A stretch of 32,000 bases of DNA from Candidatus Methanoperedens sp. (GCA_027460535.1 JAPZAR010000014.1:94795-126794), one strand, 5' to 3'; counted from the first letter of the stretch, positions 1-8,623 are shown. Made by a program: numbers and translations. Notes: generated by a model not told the origin, from the sequence alone.

Positions 1-250
1 ATTCAGAACCCTTTGCAAAGCCGGTTTTATCACACAAGTTCTTTATGTAGGAATCGCAGTATGCCATCCCTCCTGAATCCAAATATACCCCATCCATATC
101 CCATTTCTTTATCCAAAGCGGAAGAACCGTGCCGGTTACGTAATTTATGAGCTCGGGATTGGCCTTATTCTGGAATGCGGTTGAGTATGGGAGGGAGAGG
201 TTGTAAAGCTCTTTACATTATTTAATGAAAGGCTTTATGAAGAAAAAAGG
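1..250 (-). pseudogene. 5'-truncated ORF fragment running off the window start; possibly a glycosidase-like core, function uncertain
   Basis: The minus-strand frame is open from 250 to the window edge. It translates as ...STAFQNKANPELINYVTGTVLPLWIKKWDMDGVYLDSGGMAYCDSYIKNLCDKTGFAKGSE. There is no ATG, GTG or TTG between the upstream stop (251-253) and an ATG at 95-97, and that ATG lies inside the protein-like motif WDMDGVYLD. Confidence 0.25.
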
Positions 251-266
251 TTAATCTAACAGCAGG

Positions 267-2879
267 ATGGTGTCGAAATTCTCAGATGTTGCGGTAGAGA
301 AAATAAAGGATGACAAGCTTGGTTTCAGTGAGTATGCCAACGGAATAATCAATACTATTGAGGGCATATCCAGCGATGATACACCTTTCACCATTGGCAT
401 TTTTGGGAGCTGGGGTTCAGGCAAAACGAGTCTAATGAATATTACTAAAGCGGAATTGGAGCGCAGAGGTTATAAGACCGTATTTTTTAAATCTTGGGAG
501 TATGGAAACGAAGAGAAGCCCTGGATTCCATTTATGGTTCAAATTGTGAATGAGCTTTTTAAAGATGAGAACGATAATAAGAAGTTGCTGCGTGAGTCGC
601 TGCGGAACATATTCCTTTTTTCTACCGACTCAGTGCTCCAATTTTATTCTGGAGGAAAGATATCAACCGGAGGCGTTATGGAGCTGGTGAAGAAAAGCAA
701 GAAAGCCAGTCCCTTTAAAGAATGGTCTGATGAAGATGTGAAATTAGTGATAGAGAGGATAACCAAGATTGAAAAGTTTAAGGGCGCAATTGAAAAAAAG
801 GTTAAACTGTCGCAGAAGGAAGAGTTCTTCAAACGGCTTTGGTGGAGAATAAAAACAAAGGACAGGGCAGAAAAGCCATCGAAAGGCAAGCTCGTCATTT
901 TTATCGATGACCTGGATAGAATACCTGAGAAATTGATTGATTTCTTGAACAGTTTGAAGATATTCCTGGATATCAATGGCTGTATCTTCATCCTGGGCTG
1001 TGACTATGGGATACTGGAAGCTGAGCTCAAGACGAGATACAAAGAGGAGAATTATGAGTTTTATTATGAAAATTATTTCGATAAAATAGTTCAGGCTGAA
1101 TTTTATATCCCAAGAATAAGCGAGCAGGCAATAACCAGCTATTTGCAATCGTTAACAGGCGGGACTGTTGAAGAGATTGAAAAATACACACAGCTTGTGA
1201 ATCACAGCATCGGTGGTAATCCGAGAAAGATCAAGAGAGTGGTGAATGCTACAGCGCTCATTCTGAGCGTGTTCGAGAGCAAGTTGTTCACAGTTTTAGA
1301 GGAATTTCAAAGACCAAAGCTTAGAGGGGAAGAAAAGACCGAAGAATCCTCGGCACTGGAACGGGGAATCACGCGAGTTTTCACTCCCGACCAGGTATTC
1401 AACATCTTATTTGACAGGAGTGTGCTGTTCAAACTGATGTGCATGAGGGAACGGTGGTATAACCTCTACCAGCGGATTTTGAGCGAAGAGCAACTGCAGA
1501 GTGCTCTATATTCTCTTCAGGATGAAAATACAACAGCAGAGACATTTAAACTGCTGAGGGAGGCAGCTGGAGAGAAGGGAGAGAAATTAAAAGAGACTGA
1601 AAGGAACCTGTGCAAATTTCTGAAAAAAGAACCCAAATTCAGGGATGTAATGGACTTGAAAACATATCTGACCTTGCTGGAGATTTCATCGCCTGATGCG
1701 GGCATGCTTCTGGAATATGAAAACCCTGAGAAGCTGCCCATCGACCTTTTCAATCGCTACATGATATTTGAGCATATAAATAAAGGAAAAGTTAAGAAAG
1801 AAGTTGTCGAAGAAAAAATAAAACAAATGGATTGGAAAAGTAGTTTGAGCACTTACTATTTCTTTGTTGAAGTAATAAGCGTTTTTGGATATGATGAACT
1901 AATAAAAGTTCTCTTCTCTAATGGAAAAAGTCTAAAGTGCATTGAAGAGAAGATAAAAGTGGACTCAGACATTAATGCAGTGGGATCAATGCTTAACTAT
2001 GTGAGAGACTTTAATTTAATAGGAGCAAAAGAAATTCTTAACAAAACAAAGAATGATATTGAAATGAAAATAAGAGATAGTGATGACCTTAATGCAATAG
2101 GATTGTTACTTATTTATGTGAAATGGATAGATCCTGAAACTGCAGAAGAACTTCTCAATGAAACAAAGAAAGACTATGCAGATAAAATAAGAAAAAGTAA
2201 TACCCTTCGAGGATTAAGAAGGCTGCTCTATATAATGAGAGGAACAGGAGACAAAACAGCAGAAGAGCTTCTCAATAAAACAAAGAATGATATTGCAAGG
2301 ATAATAAAAGAGAGCTCTGACCTATGGGGAATAAGTCTGATGCTCTCGATTATTAGAAAGATAAATCCAAAAATAGCAGAAGAACTCCTTAACGAAACAC
2401 AAAAAGATTATGCAATGAAAATAGGAGAAAGTAATGACCTGGTGGCAATAGGCAGCCTGCTAACTAATGTGAAAAAATTAGATAGTAAGGCGGCAAAAAG
2501 ACTTGTCAATGAAACGAAAAATTATTATACTTATAAAATAAATATAAGTGCAGACCTTTCAGCAATAGCAGAATTGTTCCTTAGTGTTGAAAAGATAAAT
2601 CCCTTTATAGCAAAATCACTCTTAAATAAAATAAAAACTATTATTGAGATGAAAATAAGAGAGAGCAGTGATCCGCGCGCGATAGAATACTTATTCATTT
2701 GCATTAAAAAAACAGATGATGTTATAGCAGATGAAATCCTCATAGAAATAAAGGATCATTATATAGATATAGTAAAAGACAAGCCAGAACTCTTAATGGG
2801 AGGAGAACTCTTCGACAGAATAAGAACATTAGAGGAAGAATCAACTAATGTTGATCACATCACTAAGAAATTAAAATAA
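267..2879 (+). CDS. KAP-family P-loop NTPase with a C-terminal array of 39-aa helical repeats
   Basis: 870-aa ORF. Walker A is GIFGSWGSGKTS and Walker B-like is KLVIFIDDLDR, followed by GCIFILGCD, a typical KAP NTPase core. No hydrophobic insertion is visible inside the NTPase domain. The C-terminal third is repetitive. Confidence 0.8.
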   Translation: MVSKFSDVAVEKIKDDKLGFSEYANGIINTIEGISSDDTPFTIGIFGSWGSGKTSLMNITKAELERRGYKTVFFKSWEYGNEEKPWIPFMVQIVNELFKDENDNKKLLRESLRNIFLFSTDSVLQFYSGGKISTGGVMELVKKSKKASPFKEWSDEDVKLVIERITKIEKFKGAIEKKVKLSQKEEFFKRLWWRIKTKDRAEKPSKGKLVIFIDDLDRIPEKLIDFLNSLKIFLDINGCIFILGCDYGILEAELKTRYKEENYEFYYENYFDKIVQAEFYIPRISEQAITSYLQSLTGGTVEEIEKYTQLVNHSIGGNPRKIKRVVNATALILSVFESKLFTVLEEFQRPKLRGEEKTEESSALERGITRVFTPDQVFNILFDRSVLFKLMCMRERWYNLYQRILSEEQLQSALYSLQDENTTAETFKLLREAAGEKGEKLKETERNLCKFLKKEPKFRDVMDLKTYLTLLEISSPDAGMLLEYENPEKLPIDLFNRYMIFEHINKGKVKKEVVEEKIKQMDWKSSLSTYYFFVEVISVFGYDELIKVLFSNGKSLKCIEEKIKVDSDINAVGSMLNYVRDFNLIGAKEILNKTKNDIEMKIRDSDDLNAIGLLLIYVKWIDPETAEELLNETKKDYADKIRKSNTLRGLRRLLYIMRGTGDKTAEELLNKTKNDIARIIKESSDLWGISLMLSIIRKINPKIAEELLNETQKDYAMKIGESNDLVAIGSLLTNVKKLDSKAAKRLVNETKNYYTYKINISADLSAIAELFLSVEKINPFIAKSLLNKIKTIIEMKIRESSDPRAIEYLFICIKKTDDVIADEILIEIKDHYIDIVKDKPELLMGGELFDRIRTLEEESTNVDHITKKLK
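1908..2843 (+). repeat. In-frame tandem coding repeat, 8 units of 117 nt (39 aa) inside the KAP NTPase gene
   Basis: Units start exactly at 1908, 2025, 2142, 2259, 2376, 2493, 2610 and 2727. The consensus is A-E-E-L-L-N-x-T-K-x-D-x-x-x-K-I-x-x-S-x-D-L-x-A-I-G-x-L-L-x-x-V. Units 2142, 2259 and 2376 share GCAGAAGA(A/G)CT(T/C)CT at the nucleotide level. The first and last units are degenerate. Confidence 0.8.
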
Positions 2880-3386
2880 TATACCTATATCCAGAGCGAG
2901 ATTTCCTAAATATGCTTGAGGTTTATTTCTAAAATTTGAAGGATTATTTAACATTGGTTTTAATGGAAAATTAAGAATTGCCATAAATATGTCTATAAAA
3001 TAATTTATTAACTTTACAAAACTATCGATTAATCTTCATGTCCACAGACTCTGGACACGAACATTAATACATTTCCTGTCATTTATCGTAATATTTATCC
3101 CAAAAATCAGGTGCAAAAGGAAATAAAAAAGTTTTAGCAACTCGTATTGATTTCTTGCTAATTCTAATGAAGGCAGAGTACGGGAAAGGAGAAATGGATA
3201 TCGGGAAAAACAACCTACATAGTCCTGAAATCTTTGACCTTATTATAAAGGAACATCTGTCCACCGAAAAAAATATATTGCATGAGCATTAGTATAAATA
3301 ATTAAGGTGGTATTTTCATTAAGGGCATAATCAAGACCTCATTCTTGATATAATAAATAGCACCTTAAAATGAAAAAGGAGAAATC

Positions 3387-3791
3387 ATGTCAAAAATTAC
3401 ACATGTTGTAATCGAAAGTGTTTTATATGATGTGCAGTTACTCACAGCTGCTACGCTGGCTGAATTTGTGGAAGATGTACCGAGATATAAATTGGAAGAT
3501 GTTTTGAAGAACCCATCATACAAAGCTATCAAGAAACTAAATAAAATCAAAATATAATTCATTTTGTAGTGGGATTGGGAGAGACAATTCCACACCGATT
3601 GTTTTATCCCAGAAAGTAAAGATGAACTTACAGGTTATTTCGAAGATGAAGATGTGGATGCAATGTTTGATTTGATTTCAAGCTTGAGGAAAGATCAGTT
3701 TTCATATTCTGAATTAACATGGGCTGCGAAAAATAATGAAGAATTTAGATCGCTTGATCTAAATATTATTCTTAAAGCTCTTTTTGATTGA
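3387..3791 (+). pseudogene. Small ORF (56 aa, 3387-3557, AGGAG 5 nt upstream) that continues in frame past two stops into a protein-like 74-codon tail; possible disrupted gene
   Basis: MSKITHVVIESVLYDVQLLTAATLAEFVEDVPRYKLEDVLKNPSYKAIKKLNKIKI is followed by TAA (3555-3557), then FIL, then TAG (3567-3569). The same frame continues as WDWERQFHTDCFIPESKDELTGYFEDEDVDAMFDLISSLRKDQFSYSELTWAAKNNEEFRSLDLNIILKALFD, ending at TGA 3789-3791. Confidence 0.3.
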
Positions 3792-4581
3792 AGCGCTATA
3801 GTAATGTAGCATTGATGTTGGATGGAAAAACACATCTCTTTTTCAAATATAGAAACAAACAAGCGCATATAAATTTAAACGATACAATAAAAAAATACAC
3901 AGAGCGTTATCGAAGGGATTAGACTTTAAATTGAAAAGCAATTCCAAGTTGTTGAAATAGACTCTTGATAAACATTGTGCGCTATTTTTTGAGGTCAAGA
4001 AGAGGTCTGGCTTCCTATAACCTTTTGGAGTATGAGTTCTCTACTAGATGTCAGTCACAAATCCCATACGACGTGCGAACCCTAATAATCGCTTTTTACT
4101 AAAAGAGTATTAACATTAACAACAGTCAAGCAATACAACATAAATATTATGAATTGTATGGCATGATCGTGGTCAAAACTAAAGCATTCCCTCTAATGTC
4201 CTGATCATCGGCAGACTTTATTTTCAAGCGGCTTTATCGTAACATATTAACCGGTAATCGTAAAATCGGGTATATTGTGTGTGGTGGTGTGGATGCATCG
4301 GTGTGGGCGCATGAGAACGTCTATTGTCCAATGTTACTCAGATCATAAAATGGTCATGTAAAAAATTATTTTGAGCCTGGTTTGTGAACCGGCAGGTAAA
4401 TGCTTTAATATCGAAATGGTTACTCTTGGGGCTTGACTTCTTTAGTAGCCGACAACCTTAAATAAACTTAGTGTGTTCTCTTATTTGCAGTTTGGGAAAG
4501 CGGTTAGATGCTATTGTTCACTAGGCATACTTGACAACTTTGGCTAAAAGCATGTGATTAAAATAGAAGGAGGTGAAATGA

Positions 4582-4881
4582 ATGACAAAGTTTCTCGTAC
4601 TTTGGGAAGTGGATGCGACTAAAGTGCCAGATAAACCTGAAGAGCGATTTGAGAACTGGACCAAGATGTTGAATATGGTCAAAGAGGCCTTAGATAGTGG
4701 CAAAATGACGGATTGGGGAGAGTTTGCTGGTAGAATTTCAGGATACACTATCACTGAAGGAACTGAACAGGAGATCGCCCTTGAATTATTGAGGTATGTT
4801 CCGTACATCAAGTTCAAAACGTACCCAGTCATCTCGGTCGACCAAGTATTAGAAAACGTAAAAGCTCTGTCACAGGGTTAA
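4582..4881 (+). CDS. Hypothetical 99-aa protein, probably a small alpha+beta fold; function unknown
   Basis: ATG is preceded by the Shine-Dalgarno sequence GGAGGTG (GAAGGAGGTGAAATGAATG). The composition is protein-like, and a hairpin plus T-run follows. Confidence 0.6.
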   Translation: MTKFLVLWEVDATKVPDKPEERFENWTKMLNMVKEALDSGKMTDWGEFAGRISGYTITEGTEQEIALELLRYVPYIKFKTYPVISVDQVLENVKALSQG

Positions 4882-4893
4882 ACTATGGAAATT

Positions 4894-4926
4894 CGGGGGA
4901 TTCAAATCGCCCCCGTTTCTTTTTTT
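4894..4926 (+). terminator. Hairpin plus oligo-T tract downstream of the 99-aa ORF
   Basis: CGGGGG (4894-4899) pairs with CCCCCG (4910-4915) across a 10-nt loop. It is followed by TTTCTTTTTTT (4916-4926). Confidence 0.4.
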
Positions 4927-5329
4927 AACGGAATCCACTTTCAATGTATTTGCCAAGCTAGCATAGTTGGTTCATTCTAGATACAGGGATTCAGAACACA
5001 CCGCAATTCTATCAACCAAATTTCTTTATAAATATTTCACAAATCACTGGTGTTATTTGAAAAACTGTGTCCCATGTTCAATATTCCGCAATTGTTATAA
5101 GTCATTCTTAGGATGCACGAAATACCTATCGTGATCAGTCACAATCCCCTGACGATGTACGAGGCCTGTATACTGTTTTCAGGAATATATTCCCTGATAT
5201 ATTCGCATGTGTTATGATCTGAAATAAAATTCTCAACAGAACTTGCCATTCCCTCATCTTTCTGATTAAAGACCGAACTAAAGTTACCCTTCTTGAACCA
5301 CAAAAGGCAGATAGAAATTGTTTGTAGTA

Positions 5330-5583
5330 TGGGGCTGGTGAGATTTGAACTCACGATCGACGGGTCTCTCCGAAAACGCCAGGTTTTTGGCTTTCTGGCC
5401 CCATATTTAAATACGGGGTCAATGCACGTTCAGTGCTCCAACGGCTCCTCATAGCTTACCGCGTCCGGTTCGCTCGGTAGACCCGTTGCTCATCATCACA
5501 CCCCCGGCCACGGAATAAATTCCGGGGACTTTCCGGGGATTTCCGCTGGAGCCCGTCGCCATGCCGGACTAGGCCACAGCCCC
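5330..5583 (-). tRNA. tRNA-Trp (anticodon CCA) with a 180-nt intron after position 37
   Basis: Exon 1 (5546-5583) is GGGGCTGTGGCCTAGTCCGGCATGGCGACGGGCTCCAG. Exon 2 (5330-5365) is ACCCGTCGATCGTGAGTTCAAATCTCACCAGCCCCA. The acceptor stem is GGGGCTG/CAGCCCC, the anticodon stem ACGGG/CCCGT, and the T arm GTGAG-TTCAAAT-CTCAC. The discriminator is A and CCA is not encoded. Confidence 0.85.
5430..5496 (-). ncRNA. Box C/D sRNA embedded in the tRNA-Trp intron
   Basis: On the minus strand: C box ATGATGA (5490-5496), D' CCGA (5474-5477), C' ATGAGGA (5446-5452), D CTGA (5430-5433). Both guide spacers are exactly 12 nt and are complementary to the tRNA's own anticodon arm. Confidence 0.7.
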
Positions 5584-5730
5584 TGATTTTGATAAACTCG
5601 ACAAAGCTATTTTCTTGCGGGCTGATCAAATAGTATCGCTATACTCTACACGGTTGCTATTAAATCTATCTAAAAGCCAAGACATCCCAAAATTATAATA
5701 TGCCTTGAGACTTAATTGAATTGGGGAACT

Positions 5731-6534
5731 ATGAATCAAGATGATAAAATGCCTGTATTATTCATTGGCCATGGATCACCATTGAATATCATCTTAAAGA
5801 ACAAATTCACTGATAGCCTTGTAAAGTTAGGCAAAGATCTACCCAGGCCAAAGGCAATAATGGTCATCTCAGCGCACTGGTTGACTGTGGGGACATATGT
5901 CTCGTGCACGGAAAAACCAGAAACCATCTATGATTTTTATGGATTTCCACATGAGCTGTACAAGATCAAATATCCCTGTCCGGGTTCGCCTGTTCATGCC
6001 AGATCTGTAAGCGATTCTTTACGAAAAGCGCAGGTTAAATGCAGCAATGATCGGGGATTGGATCATGCTTCATGGGCTATCCTGAAACATATGTATCCTG
6101 AGGCTGATATCCCGGTATTTGAAATGAGCCTGGATTACTCGTTCAACGAATGGCATCCCAAACCGCTGCAGTATCATTATGACCTGGCATCAAGGCTTGC
6201 GGGACTCAGGGAAAAGGGAGTTCTGATCATCGGCAGCGGAAATATTGTCCATAATCTTGGGTTGATCAACTTTCAGAATATTGATGCGGAACCATATGAT
6301 TGGGCGATAGAATTTGATGAGAAAGTGAAATTTGATTTGATGGATGGGAACCATAAGGAATTGATCAATTATCAAAATATTGGCCCATCAGCTTATTTTG
6401 CGGTCCCGACACTTGACCATTATTTGCCAATGATCTATGGCATAGCTCTGCAGGGGAAGAATGAGCCATTGAGATTCACCTATGAAGGATTTCAAAATGG
6501 TTCAATTTCAATGAGATGCTTTCAGATAGGTTAG
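5731..6534 (+). CDS. Class III extradiol ring-cleavage dioxygenase (LigB/YgiD, 4,5-DOPA dioxygenase-like)
   Basis: The N-terminus MPVLFIGHGSPLN and the later ISAHW and GSGNIVHNL motifs are typical of the YgiD/LigB family. The ATG at 5731 is preferred over the track's TTG at 5716. The ATG at 5749 is an alternative start. Confidence 0.8.
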   Translation: MNQDDKMPVLFIGHGSPLNIILKNKFTDSLVKLGKDLPRPKAIMVISAHWLTVGTYVSCTEKPETIYDFYGFPHELYKIKYPCPGSPVHARSVSDSLRKAQVKCSNDRGLDHASWAILKHMYPEADIPVFEMSLDYSFNEWHPKPLQYHYDLASRLAGLREKGVLIIGSGNIVHNLGLINFQNIDAEPYDWAIEFDEKVKFDLMDGNHKELINYQNIGPSAYFAVPTLDHYLPMIYGIALQGKNEPLRFTYEGFQNGSISMRCFQIG

Positions 6535-6654
6535 GCTGGTTATTTCCTTATACTTCCAATTTGTATGATAATTGGCGCAGAATCCGGGCAGACGACTGCT
6601 CATACCTGTCAATCTCAAGCCTTGGCGCCAAACTAATATTCTTTAATCGGTAAA

Positions 6655-7053
6655 TTAAAAGGAGACCAGCAGTATCAACAGGTTCTTCACAATTCCTTTA
6701 AAAATCTGTATCAGGACAAAGAGCAGTATGAAAATCCATATGCCATTGGATACAAGCTGGCAATCAACCTTTTCATTTTTTACTATTTTTGGGACCAGTC
6801 TCTTTAAAATTATTCCAAACATAACTAAAAAAATCATACTGAGCAGGCTTAAAACCAGGAGTCCGGGAATAATGCCAAAGGTTTGAATAAATAAATATGC
6901 TGCAGGATTTCTTTCACTGCTTCCCACAATAGACGTGAGTATATAATAGGTTAATGAAATGTCTGTGAGCATAGCGATCGAGATTGCATAGAGAATTAGC
7001 CTGGGCGTTTTTTCTGATTTAACACCATCTTTTATATTTTCTCTCAGGCTCAT
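6655..7053 (-). CDS. Small integral membrane protein (DUF5658-like, 4 predicted TM helices)
   Basis: 132 aa with four long hydrophobic segments and an SERNP motif after TM1. Confidence 0.55.
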   Translation of the reverse strand: MSLRENIKDGVKSEKTPRLILYAISIAMLTDISLTYYILTSIVGSSERNPAAYLFIQTFGIIPGLLVLSLLSMIFLVMFGIILKRLVPKIVKNEKVDCQLVSNGIWIFILLFVLIQIFKGIVKNLLILLVSF

Positions 7054-7202
7054 GGTTATTTCAGGCTAATTTAAAACACTTTTAGATTTAAATAACAAAC
7101 GCTAGTAATATGTTTATTCATTTTATACACCCATGATATTCCAATGAATCATTATCTTATATGATAACAGCCATATGGAAAATGTCAGGTTAATGTAAAA
7201 AA

Positions 7203-8147
7203 TTATTGCAGCACAAGCCTTAATTCATTCCCAAGAGGCTCTCTCATGCCTTCACTGAATCCGTGACCCCCGGTTGTCACATTATAAAACCGTTTTGGTT
7301 CCCCAGCCATTTTAAAAGTATTCCTCGCCAAGTCAACCGGAATAATACTGTCGTTATCGGAATGCAGCATTACAAATCTGCGCGGAGGTATAAACTGCAG
7401 GTATGTTTCAGGGTCGATGGAACGATAAAACCTGATCAGATTTTCGTCATTTATATTAGCAATCTGGGATTCCGTATCGTAACCGCTTGTGCTGATGCCG
7501 ATCACTCCTTTAATATTTGGGTCAAGCGCGGCTGCAATGATCGCAAAACGCCCGCCGTTGCTTTCCCCGAGAATAGCGATTCTCTTTGGATCGATCCGTG
7601 GATCCTGCCTTAATACATCGATGGAGCGCAGGGCATCAAATACCATCTTATGTTCTACCGGTTCTTTTCCCTCTTTCCATAGCATATAGTCATAGTTGAA
7701 ATCCACACCTCCGCGGTTGCGCTGCTCAATGCCAAGACTTGCATAACCCTGACCTGAAAAGATCCCAGCCAACCCCTGCGTCCCTTCCTTCGGAACGGTT
7801 GCTCCGGGCAGTATCACGATACCCGGCACTTTCCTGTCAGAGGAAGGTATGCGAAGGAGCCCTTCCACTGTATAATCCTTGCTCGTAAAGGAAATAGTTT
7901 CGAGAGTATAGTTGCTGCCCGAATCGGTCTTGAGCACTTTTACTTCGACTTTGCCCCTGTTTTCAGGATAGGAAAGAACACCTTCTTTGCTCACGCTCCA
8001 TTTATCGCTTTCTTGCGGGATGGAAAAATAAAAAAGAAAAATTAGGATAAAAAAAACAAGTATGGCTATTGCTGTTCTTAGATTGAAAAACGATCGCTTA
8101 CCGGGTGTTTTTGGTCCTGATTTTTGTTTATTTTTCTTTGTCTTCAT
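7203..8147 (-). CDS. Membrane-anchored alpha/beta hydrolase (dienelactone hydrolase/S9-like)
   Basis: N-terminal basic stretch plus a TM helix (AIAILVFFILIFLFYF). The nucleophile elbow is GESNGG, with later SDNDSIIP and GGHGF as candidate Asp and His. The start overlaps the upstream gene's stop (ATGA at 8144-8147). Confidence 0.75.
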   Translation of the reverse strand: MKTKKNKQKSGPKTPGKRSFFNLRTAIAILVFFILIFLFYFSIPQESDKWSVSKEGVLSYPENRGKVEVKVLKTDSGSNYTLETISFTSKDYTVEGLLRIPSSDRKVPGIVILPGATVPKEGTQGLAGIFSGQGYASLGIEQRNRGGVDFNYDYMLWKEGKEPVEHKMVFDALRSIDVLRQDPRIDPKRIAILGESNGGRFAIIAAALDPNIKGVIGISTSGYDTESQIANINDENLIRFYRSIDPETYLQFIPPRRFVMLHSDNDSIIPVDLARNTFKMAGEPKRFYNVTTGGHGFSEGMREPLGNELRLVLQ

Positions 8148-8623
8148 TTTTTCCCGTGTACGACGTCAGCAAGCTCGGCTACCCTTTTCCCAAGCGCTCT
8201 TCCCTCTTTCAGTCCGACCTCATCAGAACCTGCCGCGCCATAGTGGCCCCCGGTCTCATAGGGATCGCCAACAATTATCATACCCTCGATCAGCATTACC
8301 AGGAGTATGGAGATGATGGTGGTTTCCTTGCCTCCGGTCCTGTGGGCGCCGGTGGCAAATGCCGCGCCGACTTTATTGATGAGTTTTTTCCTGACCACGA
8401 CAGATTCGTCAAAGAACTTCTTCAGTTCGGCTGCCATGGTGCCATAATAAACGGGGGAACCTGCTATGATGCCGTCGTATTCTGGAAGCTCATTGACATC
8501 GACCTCGTCCACGGATTTCAGTGTTGGATTCCCTTTTCCTTCACGCACGCCTTCAGCGATCGCCCCTGCCAGCTTTTCCGTGCTGCCTGCCCTTGAGTAA
8601 TATACTATGAGGATTTCAGACAT
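8144..8623 (-). CDS. Flavodoxin-like FMN-dependent NAD(P)H oxidoreductase
   Basis: The N-terminus ILIVYYSRAGSTEKLA is a flavodoxin-type FMN phosphate loop, followed by GSPVYYG. It is paralogous to the ORF at 18712-19350 and shares the C-terminal ALGKRVAELA. Confidence 0.8.
   Translation of the reverse strand: MSEILIVYYSRAGSTEKLAGAIAEGVREGKGNPTLKSVDEVDVNELPEYDGIIAGSPVYYGTMAAELKKFFDESVVVRKKLINKVGAAFATGAHRTGGKETTIISILLVMLIEGMIIVGDPYETGGHYGAAGSDEVGLKEGRALGKRVAELADVVHGKK

Noticed and set aside
1908-2843. Regular 117-nt and 93-nt (30095-30373) repeats, considered as possible CRISPR arrays
   Set aside because: Both arrays are in frame inside long ORFs, have no unique spacers between conserved repeats, and translate into coherent protein repeats. 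No CRISPR array is present in the window.
3567-3569. In-frame TAG, considered as a pyrrolysine codon
   Set aside because: A TAA lies in the same frame only four codons upstream, there is no methylamine methyltransferase context, and no PYLIS-like element was evident. Pseudogenisation is more parsimonious.
4270-4310. GT-rich tract TGTGTGTGGTGGTGTGGATGCATCGGTGTGGGCGC, considered as a G-quadruplex or repeat element
   Set aside because: The G-runs are too short (2-3 nt) and irregular, and no second copy exists in the window.
4894-4915. GGGGGATTCAAATCGCCCCC, considered as a tRNA T-arm fragment or att site
   Set aside because: The TTCAAAT resemblance is short, the stem geometry (6 bp with a 10-nt loop) does not fit a T arm, and the flanks do not match the tRNA-Trp 3' end. 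It is better explained as a terminator hairpin for the 99-aa gene.
5139-5354. 71-aa ORF that starts inside the T arm of tRNA-Trp and reads into the island; considered as a split SSV-type integrase fragment
   Set aside because: It uses a GTG start inside the tRNA and shows no integrase motifs (no R..HxxR..Y pattern). No duplicated att copy of the tRNA 3' half was found. Only its last ~10 codons have a paralogous remnant (4051-4081).
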